DNA of 34,098 nucleotides, taken from positions 1 through 34,098 of IMG/VR virus record IMGVR_UViG_3300045018_000072; one strand, given 5' to 3'. The notes under the pieces are model-generated. The model was not told the DNA's origin. It made no database searches and saw only the letters and a program-made list of their open reading frames with translations. Every line of letters begins with the position of its first letter. The stretch's first letter is position 1. This document shows positions 9,331-17,485 of the stretch, piece after piece. This stretch comes from a virus. Its lineage: Duplodnaviria; Caudoviricetes. A program made the translations under genes and the position numbers.

Positions 9331-9765
9331 CTACGAGAGCAGCTTGCGGTTGTCGACCGACCACGTGAAGCCCAGTGTCACGTAGTCGCCGCGACCCGAG
9401 GCGTTCTTCTCCGGGTCGCTGATCTTCACGTCCGGGTAGAGGAACTTCACCGTGTCCCCGCCCGGATAGTAGTTGGTCTCCACGATGTTGATCGCGAACG
9501 TGGCGATGTCGCCCTTGGCTCGGTCGATCACGTCCTGGATCAGCGTCTCCGCCTCCTTGCGGTCGCAGTGGAACGAGATGTTCCCGGTTGCGCCGTCGAA
9601 GACCTCATCGTGGCGGTTCGTCGTCTCGCCGAGGAACCCCTGCTCCAGGACGCGGAGCTTGGGCCGCACGGAGTACGAGACGATGTTCGTGTACGCCTGC
9701 CAGATCTTGCCGCCCTTGATGAAGCGGATTTCGACCTGCTGGCCTTTCAATCTCGGCAGAGACAT
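9331..9765 (-). CDS. Tail tube protein
   Basis: 144 aa, beta-rich, with an excellent SD (GGAGGTGA). Lies downstream of the sheath and upstream of the chaperones. Confidence 0.8.
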   Translation of the reverse strand: MSLPRLKGQQVEIRFIKGGKIWQAYTNIVSYSVRPKLRVLEQGFLGETTNRHDEVFDGATGNISFHCDRKEAETLIQDVIDRAKGDIATFAINIVETNYYPGGDTVKFLYPDVKISDPEKNASGRGDYVTLGFTWSVDNRKLLS

Positions 9766-9803
9766 GAATCACCTCCGTATTGTGATGGCAGTATAGGCCG
9801 CCC

Positions 9804-9989
9804 TCACTTGCACTTGCCTCCCGCCGCCTTCTTCTGCGCCACGACGAACCGGGCCAGCGCGTGCGGGTTCTCGACCTCTTCGTGTTCGGCGAGCTTCCCC
9901 GCCAGTTTCTTCGCCTTCTTGAGCTTGTCCGCGGGCCACTTGGTCTCTTCGTCCGCCGCCCTCTTCGCCCACTTTGCGATCTCGCCCAT
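9804..9989 (-). CDS. Small basic hypothetical protein (61 aa)
   Basis: SD AGGAGGT and host-like codon usage. Lys/Ala-rich; inserted between the sheath and tube genes. Confidence 0.65.
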   Translation of the reverse strand: MGEIAKWAKRAADEETKWPADKLKKAKKLAGKLAEHEEVENPHALARFVVAQKKAAGGKCK

Positions 9990-10000
9990 CGGTTGACCTC

Positions 10001-11647
10001 CTACGCCGCGACTTCGCTGATCTCGACGCTCTCGCCGATGAGCGTCTGGAGCACGATGAAGTCGAGGCTGCTGTACGTGCGCACCTTGGTGATGATCGTG
10101 AAGATGCCCTGGGCCAACTTGGCCGTAGTGTTGCCACTCTGCTCGTCCACCAGGTAGTCCTGGATGCGGGACGCGGCCGGGTTCTCCGGGCTCTTGAGGC
10201 CCTCCAGGAACGCGCGAATCTCTGCCCCGATGGCAGAGCGCCGGGCGGGCGTGTTGAGCTGCTTCTGGAAGGCGCCGAGGCGCCCCGCGATGCTATCCTG
10301 GATGTAGTCAGCCATGCGCCGCCGCGCGATATTGACCAGCGACGGATATGTCGCCGGATCAACACTCGTGACGCCCGACTGGAACCAGGCGCCCACGGCC
10401 GAATCCATCTTCGGCGCGCAGATGCCCTTGCTCCGGAACACCTCGTAATCCGTGACAGTCAGGCCCGTGACGCCGCTCTCGATGCCGAGCACGTGGCCGA
10501 GAAAGTCGTTGGCCTGGCCTGGGTTCTGCTCTGGCGCGAGTTGTGACAGCACGGACGCGAGCGAGGAGTCCGAGGCCGTGTCAATGAACCCGTCGAAGGT
10601 GGACGTGATGTACGCCGCGGGCATCTCGGGGATGTAGGTCCGGATGCCGGGGTAGCAGTAAATGAGCCGGTCAGAGAGACCGACGTTGCCCACGCCCTCT
10701 GTCCCGGCGCCGGCCCCCTCTGCTGTGGCCTTGGCGAGCCCCAGGATCGGAGAGGCGCACGCGACCCGACCCTTGCCCTTGGCCGACGCGTCTATCGCGT
10801 GCTGCTTGAGGGCCTTGATGATCGTCTCGCCCGCGGTCGTGCCGGGATGGCGCGCAGACAGGACAACGCTCACGTCCTTGGCTGGGGACACGTCGTTCAG
10901 CAAGGCGTTGAGTGCGGTCGTGTAGTAGCTCGCCATGGCCGCCTCATCAATGGCGACCACTGCCGAAATACCCTCGCAGTCGAGCGTATAGCCGGGGAAG
11001 CAAGCCGTCGCCTCGTAGGCATTCACGGCCGACGCGGCGTCGTTCCACGGCCCCGCGCCCGCGCCCACGCAGCGGCGGATCTTGATGCCGGTCTTCGTGC
11101 ATGTGTACGGTCCGGCACCGACCCAGTCCGTGGTGTCGTTGAAGCTTACGTCGTCGAGCAGCGCGAAGCCGTCCGCGAACGGCACGCTCTCGACGCGCAA
11201 GCCCGCCGGGATCTTGCCGGAGAACTTGGGATACCAGCCGGCCCCGAGCGGGTTGGTCGTGATCGAAATGTCGGCCGTGCCGACGTCCTGTTTGACGTTC
11301 ACGAGCACGAGGCGGCCGAATTTCTTGTTGCGCACGGCCAGGAAGCCGTTGCCGTCGTAGCCCGTCTTCGGGCTGGCCGGGGGATAACCCGGCGCAGGAC
11401 GGACTCCGCCGGGGTTCGAGTACGGAGACCAGCCCCCGAGGTTGTCGAGCATCTCCTGGGCGCTCGTGACTTCGATGGGCGTGCCCACCAGGGACGTGCC
11501 CTTGAGGAACTCGCCGAGCACGGCGACCATGCCCGTGCCCACGCCCTGTATGCTGCCAGGCGGAGTCAGGTCGATGATGTTGATCGCCTCAATGGCCTTG
11601 AGCACGGCGTCACTCGGGATGCTTGTGTATCTCCTTATGATCGGCAT
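10001..11647 (-). CDS. Contractile tail sheath protein
   Basis: 548 aa. N-terminal PPGSIQGVGTGMVAVLGEFLKG; C-terminal NIARRRMADYIQDSI and YLVDEQSGNTTAKLAQGIFTI...SSLDFIVL, which are sheath C-terminal motifs. Confidence 0.93.
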   Translation of the reverse strand: MPIIRRYTSIPSDAVLKAIEAINIIDLTPPGSIQGVGTGMVAVLGEFLKGTSLVGTPIEVTSAQEMLDNLGGWSPYSNPGGVRPAPGYPPASPKTGYDGNGFLAVRNKKFGRLVLVNVKQDVGTADISITTNPLGAGWYPKFSGKIPAGLRVESVPFADGFALLDDVSFNDTTDWVGAGPYTCTKTGIKIRRCVGAGAGPWNDAASAVNAYEATACFPGYTLDCEGISAVVAIDEAAMASYYTTALNALLNDVSPAKDVSVVLSARHPGTTAGETIIKALKQHAIDASAKGKGRVACASPILGLAKATAEGAGAGTEGVGNVGLSDRLIYCYPGIRTYIPEMPAAYITSTFDGFIDTASDSSLASVLSQLAPEQNPGQANDFLGHVLGIESGVTGLTVTDYEVFRSKGICAPKMDSAVGAWFQSGVTSVDPATYPSLVNIARRRMADYIQDSIAGRLGAFQKQLNTPARRSAIGAEIRAFLEGLKSPENPAASRIQDYLVDEQSGNTTAKLAQGIFTIITKVRTYSSLDFIVLQTLIGESVEISEVAA

Positions 11648-11656
11648 CGCTACCTC

Positions 11657-12244
11657 CTACATGTCCTCTTGCCGCACGCGGACTTCGAGCGGGCCTACCG
11701 CCTCCAGCCGCAGCATGGGCAACTGCGCCGACACCTGCATCGTGGCGATGCGGTGCCGCTTGAACGTCTCGTCTCCTGTATCCTCGTATGCGACAGCGCG
11801 CGGCTCCACGACGGCAGGCGCGGCCCCGCCGAAGTAGTCAGGAACGGAAATCGTGCGGCCGTAGACGTTGCGCTCCTGCGTGTCTCGGTCCTGGAGGACC
11901 TCGCGCACCTGCCGCACGAGCACGCCGCGCATCTCTGGCGTCGTGCACCAGATCGCGACGGACAGGACGCCGGTGAACTCGCCGTCGCACATGAGTACGT
12001 GCTCGCCGTCCCAGGATTCCTCGCATTCCGCGGGCACGGGCTTGCTGCCCGAGTACTCGCCGGAGACGGGAGCGACGGCAATGGCCGGGAGCACCTGCTC
12101 CTGTGGGGGCTCTTGCCATTCGGAGAAGACCGCGTCGACCCTCTGGCCCTCCCATCGAAGCGCGCCAGAGAACAGGTCGCGCAGGGCCCGTCCGATGGCG
12201 GTTGCCTCGTCCACGGTCGGCGCGTAGCGCTCGGCGGTCCTCAC
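11657..12244 (-). CDS. Putative tail terminator/tail completion protein
   Basis: 195 aa directly upstream of the sheath. Contains the LPAIAV and LSVAIWC..PEMR patterns. Call is mostly positional. Confidence 0.55.
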   Translation of the reverse strand: MRTAERYAPTVDEATAIGRALRDLFSGALRWEGQRVDAVFSEWQEPPQEQVLPAIAVAPVSGEYSGSKPVPAECEESWDGEHVLMCDGEFTGVLSVAIWCTTPEMRGVLVRQVREVLQDRDTQERNVYGRTISVPDYFGGAAPAVVEPRAVAYEDTGDETFKRHRIATMQVSAQLPMLRLEAVGPLEVRVRQEDM

Positions 12245-12807
12245 GACTGCCTCCCCGCGCGCAACTCCGCCGCGACCTCGCGCTTCGTGAGTCGCCCGGT
12301 GGCCGCGACGAAAGCGGGCTCGGTCAGAATGTGGCGGCCCTGGATTCCACGAGCGTGGAGCTTCTGCTGGATCGCAACCGCAATGCGGAAGGCATTGAAT
12401 TCACGGATCGCTCCGGTCATCCCACGGCCGCCTCCGCCGAGTTGTCGCCTGAATTTGCGCTGCACCCATGCGACAAGCGCCGGGAAGGGTCGCGGGTGCT
12501 GATAGCCCCGCCGATACGGAGTGGGGATACGGCCAGGCCGGACGCCGTGCTCGATGAAGGGCGCATGCGGCGCGTCGTTGAAGACCCGCGCCACAAGCGG
12601 GCCCGATGGGAAGATCTCGACGCGCCAGGACGACTTGAGCCGCCCGGTGTCCACCGCCGGCCAGGGCTTGGTGCGGCCCGTCCGCATCACACACTTGCCC
12701 TGCGTCAGCATAGCCGCCGTCTGCATGCCGCGACGGATGGCCGCGCCCTGTCGCGCGCATTCGCGCCTGATCCAGGCCGGGAACTGCGCTGGCGTGATCG
12801 TGATCAT
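12241..12807 (-). CDS. HK97 gp10-like neck/tail completion protein
   Basis: Motifs PAVDTGRLKSSW and FNDAPHAPFIEHG. Basic protein in the neck region. Confidence 0.8.
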   Translation of the reverse strand: MITITPAQFPAWIRRECARQGAAIRRGMQTAAMLTQGKCVMRTGRTKPWPAVDTGRLKSSWRVEIFPSGPLVARVFNDAPHAPFIEHGVRPGRIPTPYRRGYQHPRPFPALVAWVQRKFRRQLGGGGRGMTGAIREFNAFRIAVAIQQKLHARGIQGRHILTEPAFVAATGRLTKREVAAELRAGRQS

Positions 12808-13268
12808 GCCGCGAGCCTCCCGCGCTCAGAGCGAGCCTGGTCTTGCTCGCGCAGCCGCATGCGCCAGCCGACCTCTCCGGGCATGCGCTCTGGCGGTCCA
12901 GCAGGGAAGAAGCGCCGCCTGCATCCATCGTCGTAGCGGACCTCGTACCAGTATTGCATATCGTCGTTGACGTGCGGGATGAGCGTCGCCTCCGTCTCGC
13001 GGGCCAGTGAGATCTCCGACAGCTCGATGTCTCCGTGTTCGTCCGAGCCGACGATATGCAAGGCACGCTCCAGGGACTCGATGCCGCTGAGGCGCGGCGT
13101 AGGCAGCAGCTCTCGCTCTGCGCGCTCGACTTCCCTTCCCTCGCCGCGACGCGAGCCGGACCAGCGAGTGCCGATCAGCCAGACGCGATACGGTCGCGTG
13201 CCGAAGTCGCGGTGCAGATCTCGGATGTCATCGGCGATGGGCGCGAAGTCGGTCACGAAGTCAATCAC
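12804..13268 (-). CDS. Putative head-closure (stopper) protein
   Basis: GTG at 13268 overlaps the upstream stop; 154 aa, beta-rich. Called by position between the adaptor and gp10-like genes. Confidence 0.55.
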   Translation of the reverse strand: MIDFVTDFAPIADDIRDLHRDFGTRPYRVWLIGTRWSGSRRGEGREVERAERELLPTPRLSGIESLERALHIVGSDEHGDIELSEISLARETEATLIPHVNDDMQYWYEVRYDDGCRRRFFPAGPPERMPGEVGWRMRLREQDQARSERGRLAA

Positions 13269-13684
13269 GCCGCCATCCTCGTCGCGTTCATGTTCCCGCC
13301 CTGGCCTCCGCCCTGCCACGACATGGGATTGATCGGCGCGCCGGTATCCTGCGAGAGCCGGCCAACCCAGTGCAGGTACTCGCGCCGCCGCGCCTCGCAC
13401 TCGTCACTGCGCAGCCTGATGTCGCCCACGCCTTCCGCCTTGAGCCGTCGCTGCGCCGAGTACAGGTCCTCCTCTGTCGCGTCGCAGCGGGCCAGGGCCA
13501 CGCGGACCAGATCGGCGGCCTCGGCCCTGATCTGGCGCAACGCGCCCTCAACCGGAAACAGGGCCTGGTAGATCGTCGGCACGCCAAGCCCGATCCCCGC
13601 CGCCATCACGTTCTGCGGATAGCCCAGGTGATGCCTGATCCGCGCGAGCTCCTCATCGGTGAACGTGGCGAGGGTCAGTGGCAC
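13265..13684 (-). CDS. Putative head-tail adaptor/connector
   Basis: GTG start with SD AAGGAGG; 139 aa, helical (FTDEELARIRHHLGYP). Positional call. Confidence 0.6.
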   Translation of the reverse strand: MPLTLATFTDEELARIRHHLGYPQNVMAAGIGLGVPTIYQALFPVEGALRQIRAEAADLVRVALARCDATEEDLYSAQRRLKAEGVGDIRLRSDECEARRREYLHWVGRLSQDTGAPINPMSWQGGGQGGNMNATRMAA

Positions 13685-14232
13685 GCGCCCTCCTTGCTCG
13701 GCACGTAGTAGGCGCCGCCGATCTTGCGAGCGCCCCTCAGCTTGCGCCCGTGCGGCATGGGCATGTAGTGCACACCGTCAACGACAAGCCCAGACTCGGC
13801 AGGCGCCGCCATATCGGGCGCCTTCTTGTCTACTTCTTCGGTCGCGGGCGCGGGAGTCGAACCCGCCTGCGCGGGGTATGAGCCCGCGGACACACCGCTT
13901 GTCGAGCCCGCAACGGGCCTGCACCGTAGGCCGTAGGTCGAGATCCAGTTGTTGGCCTCGGCAAGAGACGCGTGGGCCGGCACGAATATCGTCCCCGCGC
14001 GCATGACTATGATCCGTCCGCACCAGTGAATCCGGCAGGAGAGCAGAACGGCGTGCTCTTCGTGCTGGCGCGCGGGATCGATCTCCTGGACCGCGCCCTC
14101 GTCAGTCGGTGGCGGCTCCTTGCGTAGCCGCGCACGGAATGAGTCAAAGGCGCGGGCGATCGCTCCCGTGTCTCGCGCCTTGAATAGCTCCAGATCCATC
14201 CGATCCAGGCCAGCAACCGCTGCCGTCGCCAT
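13675..14232 (-). CDS. Hypothetical protein downstream of the major capsid gene (start 14232 or 14199)
   Basis: Protein-like segment MDLELFKARDTGAIARAFDSFRARLRKE...WISTYGLRCRPV. The stop overlaps the adaptor start. The frame reads through a tRNA-like element. Confidence 0.6.
   Translation of the reverse strand: MATAAVAGLDRMDLELFKARDTGAIARAFDSFRARLRKEPPPTDEGAVQEIDPARQHEEHAVLLSCRIHWCGRIIVMRAGTIFVPAHASLAEANNWISTYGLRCRPVAGSTSGVSAGSYPAQAGSTPAPATEEVDKKAPDMAAPAESGLVVDGVHYMPMPHGRKLRGARKIGGAYYVPSKEGACH
13842..13912 (-). tRNA. tRNA-Met(CAT)-like cloverleaf with initiator-type features; CCA not fully encoded
   Basis: Minus strand reads TGCGGGC TC GACA-AGCGGTG-TGTC C GCGGG-CTCATAC-CCCGC GCAG GCGGG-TTCGACT-CCCGC GCCCGCG A(CCG). 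It has a 7-bp acceptor stem, a D-arm with GG, a CAT anticodon and a TTCGA T-loop. Confidence 0.75.
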
Positions 14233-14239
14233 GCGCCCC

Positions 14240-14646
14240 CATGCCCATGCCAGTCTCGGCCGGGCGCGGGCGGACGCGGCGCACGGGATACTCGCTGGAG
14301 TACGGCCAGCGGACCCCCGCCCGTGTCCTCGCCGCCCGCGACGCGCCAATCTGCGCGCCCTCGCACGGTTGCTCCGCGCCCGCGCATGCGCCCCATTGTG
14401 CAGAATCCCGCTCGGGGGAACGGGCCTGCACCACAGATCGCACACGCGAACACCTCGCCGCCGTCGTCCCTCGCGGGACCGCGACGTGCCCCGATGCCGC
14501 CGGCTCGCGCCGGGTGCATCGTGTCGCCGCCTCCCAGGTCCGCCCATGGGCCCAGGCGCAGCGCTCGGGCAGCAGTGGGCGCCGCCACCCGAGAGACCAC
14601 AGCTCCTCACAGAGCGAGCGCGGGGCGGCCCTGTGGCCGCCCGCGC
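14240..14646 (-). ncRNA. Candidate structured RNA region downstream of the major capsid gene
   Basis: No convincing ORF. A run of hairpins, including two with GCGA (GNRA) tetraloops (14493-14520, 14466-14479) and a G-U-containing 12-bp stem (14564-14593). Confidence 0.4.
14618..14646 (-). terminator. GC-rich hairpin directly after the major capsid stop (terminator or mRNA-stabilising stem)
   Basis: GCGCGGGCGGCC-ACAG-GGCCGCCCCGCGC. There is no real U-tract, so intrinsic termination is uncertain. Confidence 0.4.
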
Positions 14647-14648
14647 AG

Positions 14649-16052
14649 CTATGCGTGCTCGATGACCACGACGCGCTTGTACGCGCTCGAGGTCGTCGCC
14701 GGCAGCGTCGGCTCCGGCTGACCCGGCGTCAGGTAGTCCGTCCCGACCACATGCTCGCCGTGGAACGCCCAGGCGGTCGTCACCACGCGCTGCATGACGT
14801 CCATGGGCCGCCGTATGATCTGCTGGATGCGGTCGGTCATCACGATCAGGCCGTCGTTGGTCACGTTCCACTCGCCGACCTTGCCGGAGAATCCGACCTC
14901 GGTGGACACGATGGCATCCTTCCAGTACTCGATGCCCATCTCGCGGCCAGCGATCACGGTGCGGTTCACGCGGAAGCCACCCGCGTTCGTCAGCTCGCCG
15001 GCCCAGAAATCCTCGCCCGTGCCGTACACGCCAGTCCCCTGCCAGACGTTGGCCACCTGCGGGACTTCGTTGTTGCGGTAGAACTTGCAGCCCTCGACCG
15101 TCGCGACGACGAACTTCGCGTAGGGCTCGTTCTCGTCCACGTCGATCCCGCGGCCGCGATGCAGGAGCAAGAACTCCGTATCGGCGAAGATCTCGGCCTC
15201 GGCCTGCGGAGACAGGTGCAGGTGGTAGTATCCGTCGTCGAACGGCGCGACGTTGCGCGAACGCAGAACAGCCACAGCCTCGCGGATCGTCGCCAGGGTG
15301 AGCAAGTCGGCCGCGCCGAGCACGTCGACGCTGAATCCGCCGCCGCCCGAACGCACGATGTACGATGCCGACTCGGCGAGAACCGGGTCGCGCGCCGCCG
15401 TCGCGAGCGCCACGGAGAGCGTGATCGTGCCCGGCCCGTACTCGTCTCCGGGTATTGCCGGCGTGGCCGCGATCACCTGGCGAGCGTTCCACACGCCGCC
15501 CGTCCAGAAGTAGACGTTCAGCGGGTTGGCCGCGCTCACGGGCTGGAAGCGCCGCGTGTTCGCGTCGAAGGCCCGGCAGAAGCCGTTCAGGAAGGGCACG
15601 ACCTTGTTCACGCCCGCGCCAACGCTCGTGGTCACGGTCTGGCCGTATCCGGCCGCGTTGTAGAGCGCGGTCCTGGCGAGCCGGTTGACCGCCTGGCCGC
15701 CAGACATACCCACGGCCTGCGCGTCGGACATCAGCAGGTCGGCGAGCGTCAGGCCGGCCACGACGATGTCGGTGCCGATCTGGTCGCCATACTCCTGGAT
15801 GCGAACCGGCCACTGCTCGAAGCCGTAGGTGCTCGGCAGCGGGTCGGTCTTCGGCGCAAGGCGCAGCATCTTCGGCGGGATGAGCCCGCGACGCGTCCGC
15901 ACGCCCTCCTGCGATCTGTCGGTCCACTGCTCCGGCGTGAACTCCTGGCGGAACAGGAGCTCCGGGAACAGCGCGTCGAGGAACTGCTTGGCGAGTAGGT
16001 TCTCCTGGATGATGGCCCGCACCTGCGGGTTCTGGACGAAGTAGTCAGACAT
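14649..16052 (-). CDS. Major capsid protein
   Basis: 467 aa following the scaffold. HK97-fold-like segments: WPVRIQEYGDQI, LTLATIREAVAVLRSRNVAPFDDGYYHLHLSP, IIRRPMDVMQRVVTTAW. Strongly biased codon usage. Confidence 0.88.
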   Translation of the reverse strand: MSDYFVQNPQVRAIIQENLLAKQFLDALFPELLFRQEFTPEQWTDRSQEGVRTRRGLIPPKMLRLAPKTDPLPSTYGFEQWPVRIQEYGDQIGTDIVVAGLTLADLLMSDAQAVGMSGGQAVNRLARTALYNAAGYGQTVTTSVGAGVNKVVPFLNGFCRAFDANTRRFQPVSAANPLNVYFWTGGVWNARQVIAATPAIPGDEYGPGTITLSVALATAARDPVLAESASYIVRSGGGGFSVDVLGAADLLTLATIREAVAVLRSRNVAPFDDGYYHLHLSPQAEAEIFADTEFLLLHRGRGIDVDENEPYAKFVVATVEGCKFYRNNEVPQVANVWQGTGVYGTGEDFWAGELTNAGGFRVNRTVIAGREMGIEYWKDAIVSTEVGFSGKVGEWNVTNDGLIVMTDRIQQIIRRPMDVMQRVVTTAWAFHGEHVVGTDYLTPGQPEPTLPATTSSAYKRVVVIEHA

Positions 16053-16072
16053 CGAGATGCCCTTTCACGCCG

Positions 16073-16780
16073 CTACGCCGACGCAGGCGGCGGTGGTGGT
16101 GCCGGTGCCTGTGCCGGAACGTGCGGCATCGCACGGATCTGCCTCATGCGCTCTGCGATCTGATCCTTGGTCGCCTTGAGCGCGTTGAACGGCTGCGGCC
16201 CCCCACTCGGAGGCGCGGCCGGGCCTCCACCTGGCGGCGCGGTCGAGACCGGAGCCGGAGGCGTGGCCGGAGCCGGGGCGCCCGTGAACACGTAGGGCGC
16301 CTCGGTCTTGAGCGTCGCGAGGAAAGCAGCTTCGTCGAATTTCTCCAGAGCCGCGTCGTCGAGCGTCTTTACGTGCGCGACGAAGCGCGACATGGCGTAG
16401 GGCAGGTCGGCGGGCTTCACGCCGCCCTCGACGAACAGCCGCTCCGCGCGGGCGCGCTGCTGTGCACTCTCGTGGTCCGCCGTGAGCCTGTCCGTCGCAG
16501 TCTTGTGCTCGGCCGTGAGCCTGTCCGTGACTTCCTTCACGGCCTTGTCCACGGCGGCCTTGATCTGCGTGGCCACGTCCGCTGCTGGTTCCGGCGGCTC
16601 CGGCTCGCGAGTCCCCGCCTTGCGCGCCTGCTTGAGCCAGCCCTTCATATCGCCGAAGTCCTTGAACCCTGCGTCCTCGGCCATGTCGTTGAGCATGTCC
16701 GTGGCCATGGTCTTCGCGGCCTTCCGCGCGAGCCTTTCGATCTGTCCCTCTGGTATCTGCTGCGGTGTGTCTTCTGGCAT
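16073..16780 (-). CDS. Capsid scaffolding protein
   Basis: 235 aa with a charged coiled-coil (includes the repeat TDRLTA(E/D)H), a YVF motif and a Pro/Ala-rich tail. Directly upstream of the capsid gene; SD GAGGAG. Confidence 0.75.
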   Translation of the reverse strand: MPEDTPQQIPEGQIERLARKAAKTMATDMLNDMAEDAGFKDFGDMKGWLKQARKAGTREPEPPEPAADVATQIKAAVDKAVKEVTDRLTAEHKTATDRLTADHESAQQRARAERLFVEGGVKPADLPYAMSRFVAHVKTLDDAALEKFDEAAFLATLKTEAPYVFTGAPAPATPPAPVSTAPPGGGPAAPPSGGPQPFNALKATKDQIAERMRQIRAMPHVPAQAPAPPPPPASA

Positions 16781-16819
16781 CCCCGATGTCTCCTCTTCGC
16801 CGCCCCCGCGGCACCCCGA

Positions 16820-17188
16820 TTACTCCCCGGCTACCAGCACGTCGGCGTTGCCCGTCCCCGAAACAGTCAGCGCCGTGATCGGATGTTGGATCGACCACAG
16901 CAGGAGCCCCGTGTCGCAGGGTATGACCTGCGCGACTCCATCGGCGGTCGTGATCTTGAACGTGAGTATGCCGCCCTCCACCTTGACGACCAGCAGGCGT
17001 ACCTTGGTCATGCCCACGGGCATGATGTCGGTGTTTACGGCGCCGATCAGGGCGAGCGGGATGTCTCGCGCGATGGGGAATAGAACCTGCTCCGCGTCCC
17101 AGGCGAACGAAAGGCTCGTCACGGGAAAGGTTGCGCCCGCGAGCGGCGTGGTCTTGATCGCGAGATCCAGATCGAGCAGGTGGGACAT
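16820..17188 (-). CDS. Hypothetical beta-rich head-region protein (122 aa)
   Basis: SD GGAGG and protein-like composition. Lies between the Com-like gene and the scaffold. Confidence 0.65.
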   Translation of the reverse strand: MSHLLDLDLAIKTTPLAGATFPVTSLSFAWDAEQVLFPIARDIPLALIGAVNTDIMPVGMTKVRLLVVKVEGGILTFKITTADGVAQVIPCDTGLLLWSIQHPITALTVSGTGNADVLVAGE

Positions 17189-17190
17189 GC

Positions 17191-17220
17191 GAGCCTCCGG
17201 TCATCGACACCCAGAGGCTC
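17191..17220 (-). promoter_or_regulatory. Hairpin sequestering the SD of the 122-aa gene
   Basis: GAGCCTCTGG-GTGTCGATGA-CCGGAGGCTC forms a 10-bp stem (one U-G pair). GGAGG lies in the 3' arm, 5 nt from the ATG. Confidence 0.6.
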
Positions 17221-17248
17221 AGCACGTCGGCCTTCAGACGCGCGGCGT

Positions 17249-17485
17249 CTACCCAGTATCGTCCGCGCGCACGGCGTAGTTGTCAAGCGGCATCTCGTCG
17301 GGCGCTGGCAAAACGTCGAAACGATTGATGTTCTTGCACCGATTGTTCGTGCACTTGATCTCGACGTGGGCACACCGGACCGCGCGGCCGTGGGCCACGA
17401 TCGTGCCCATCACGGCGAACGCGAGCACCGCGCCGCAGCGGACACAACGCAGTTCGTATCGTGCGTCGCTTCGTGCGTCGCTCAC
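17249..17485 (-). CDS. Mu Com-like zinc-finger protein (putative translational regulator)
   Basis: ELRCVRCGAVLA...VEIKCTNNRCKNIN matches the Com pattern RCxxC..LL...EIKC..C...N. Confidence 0.65.
   Translation of the reverse strand: MSDARSDARYELRCVRCGAVLAFAVMGTIVAHGRAVRCAHVEIKCTNNRCKNINRFDVLPAPDEMPLDNYAVRADDTG

Noticed and set aside
14007-14519. ORF starting MHPARAGG, with a GGGAGG SD and a CAIC motif
   Set aside because: Its ATG lies in a hairpin, the sequence is low-complexity, and its last ~200 nt overlap a better ORF out of frame.
13675-15927. 750-aa minus-strand ORF overlapping the major capsid gene
   Set aside because: The part over the capsid gene is an Arg/Pro/Gly-rich off-frame shadow. 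Only the last ~175-185 codons look like protein, and these are annotated separately.
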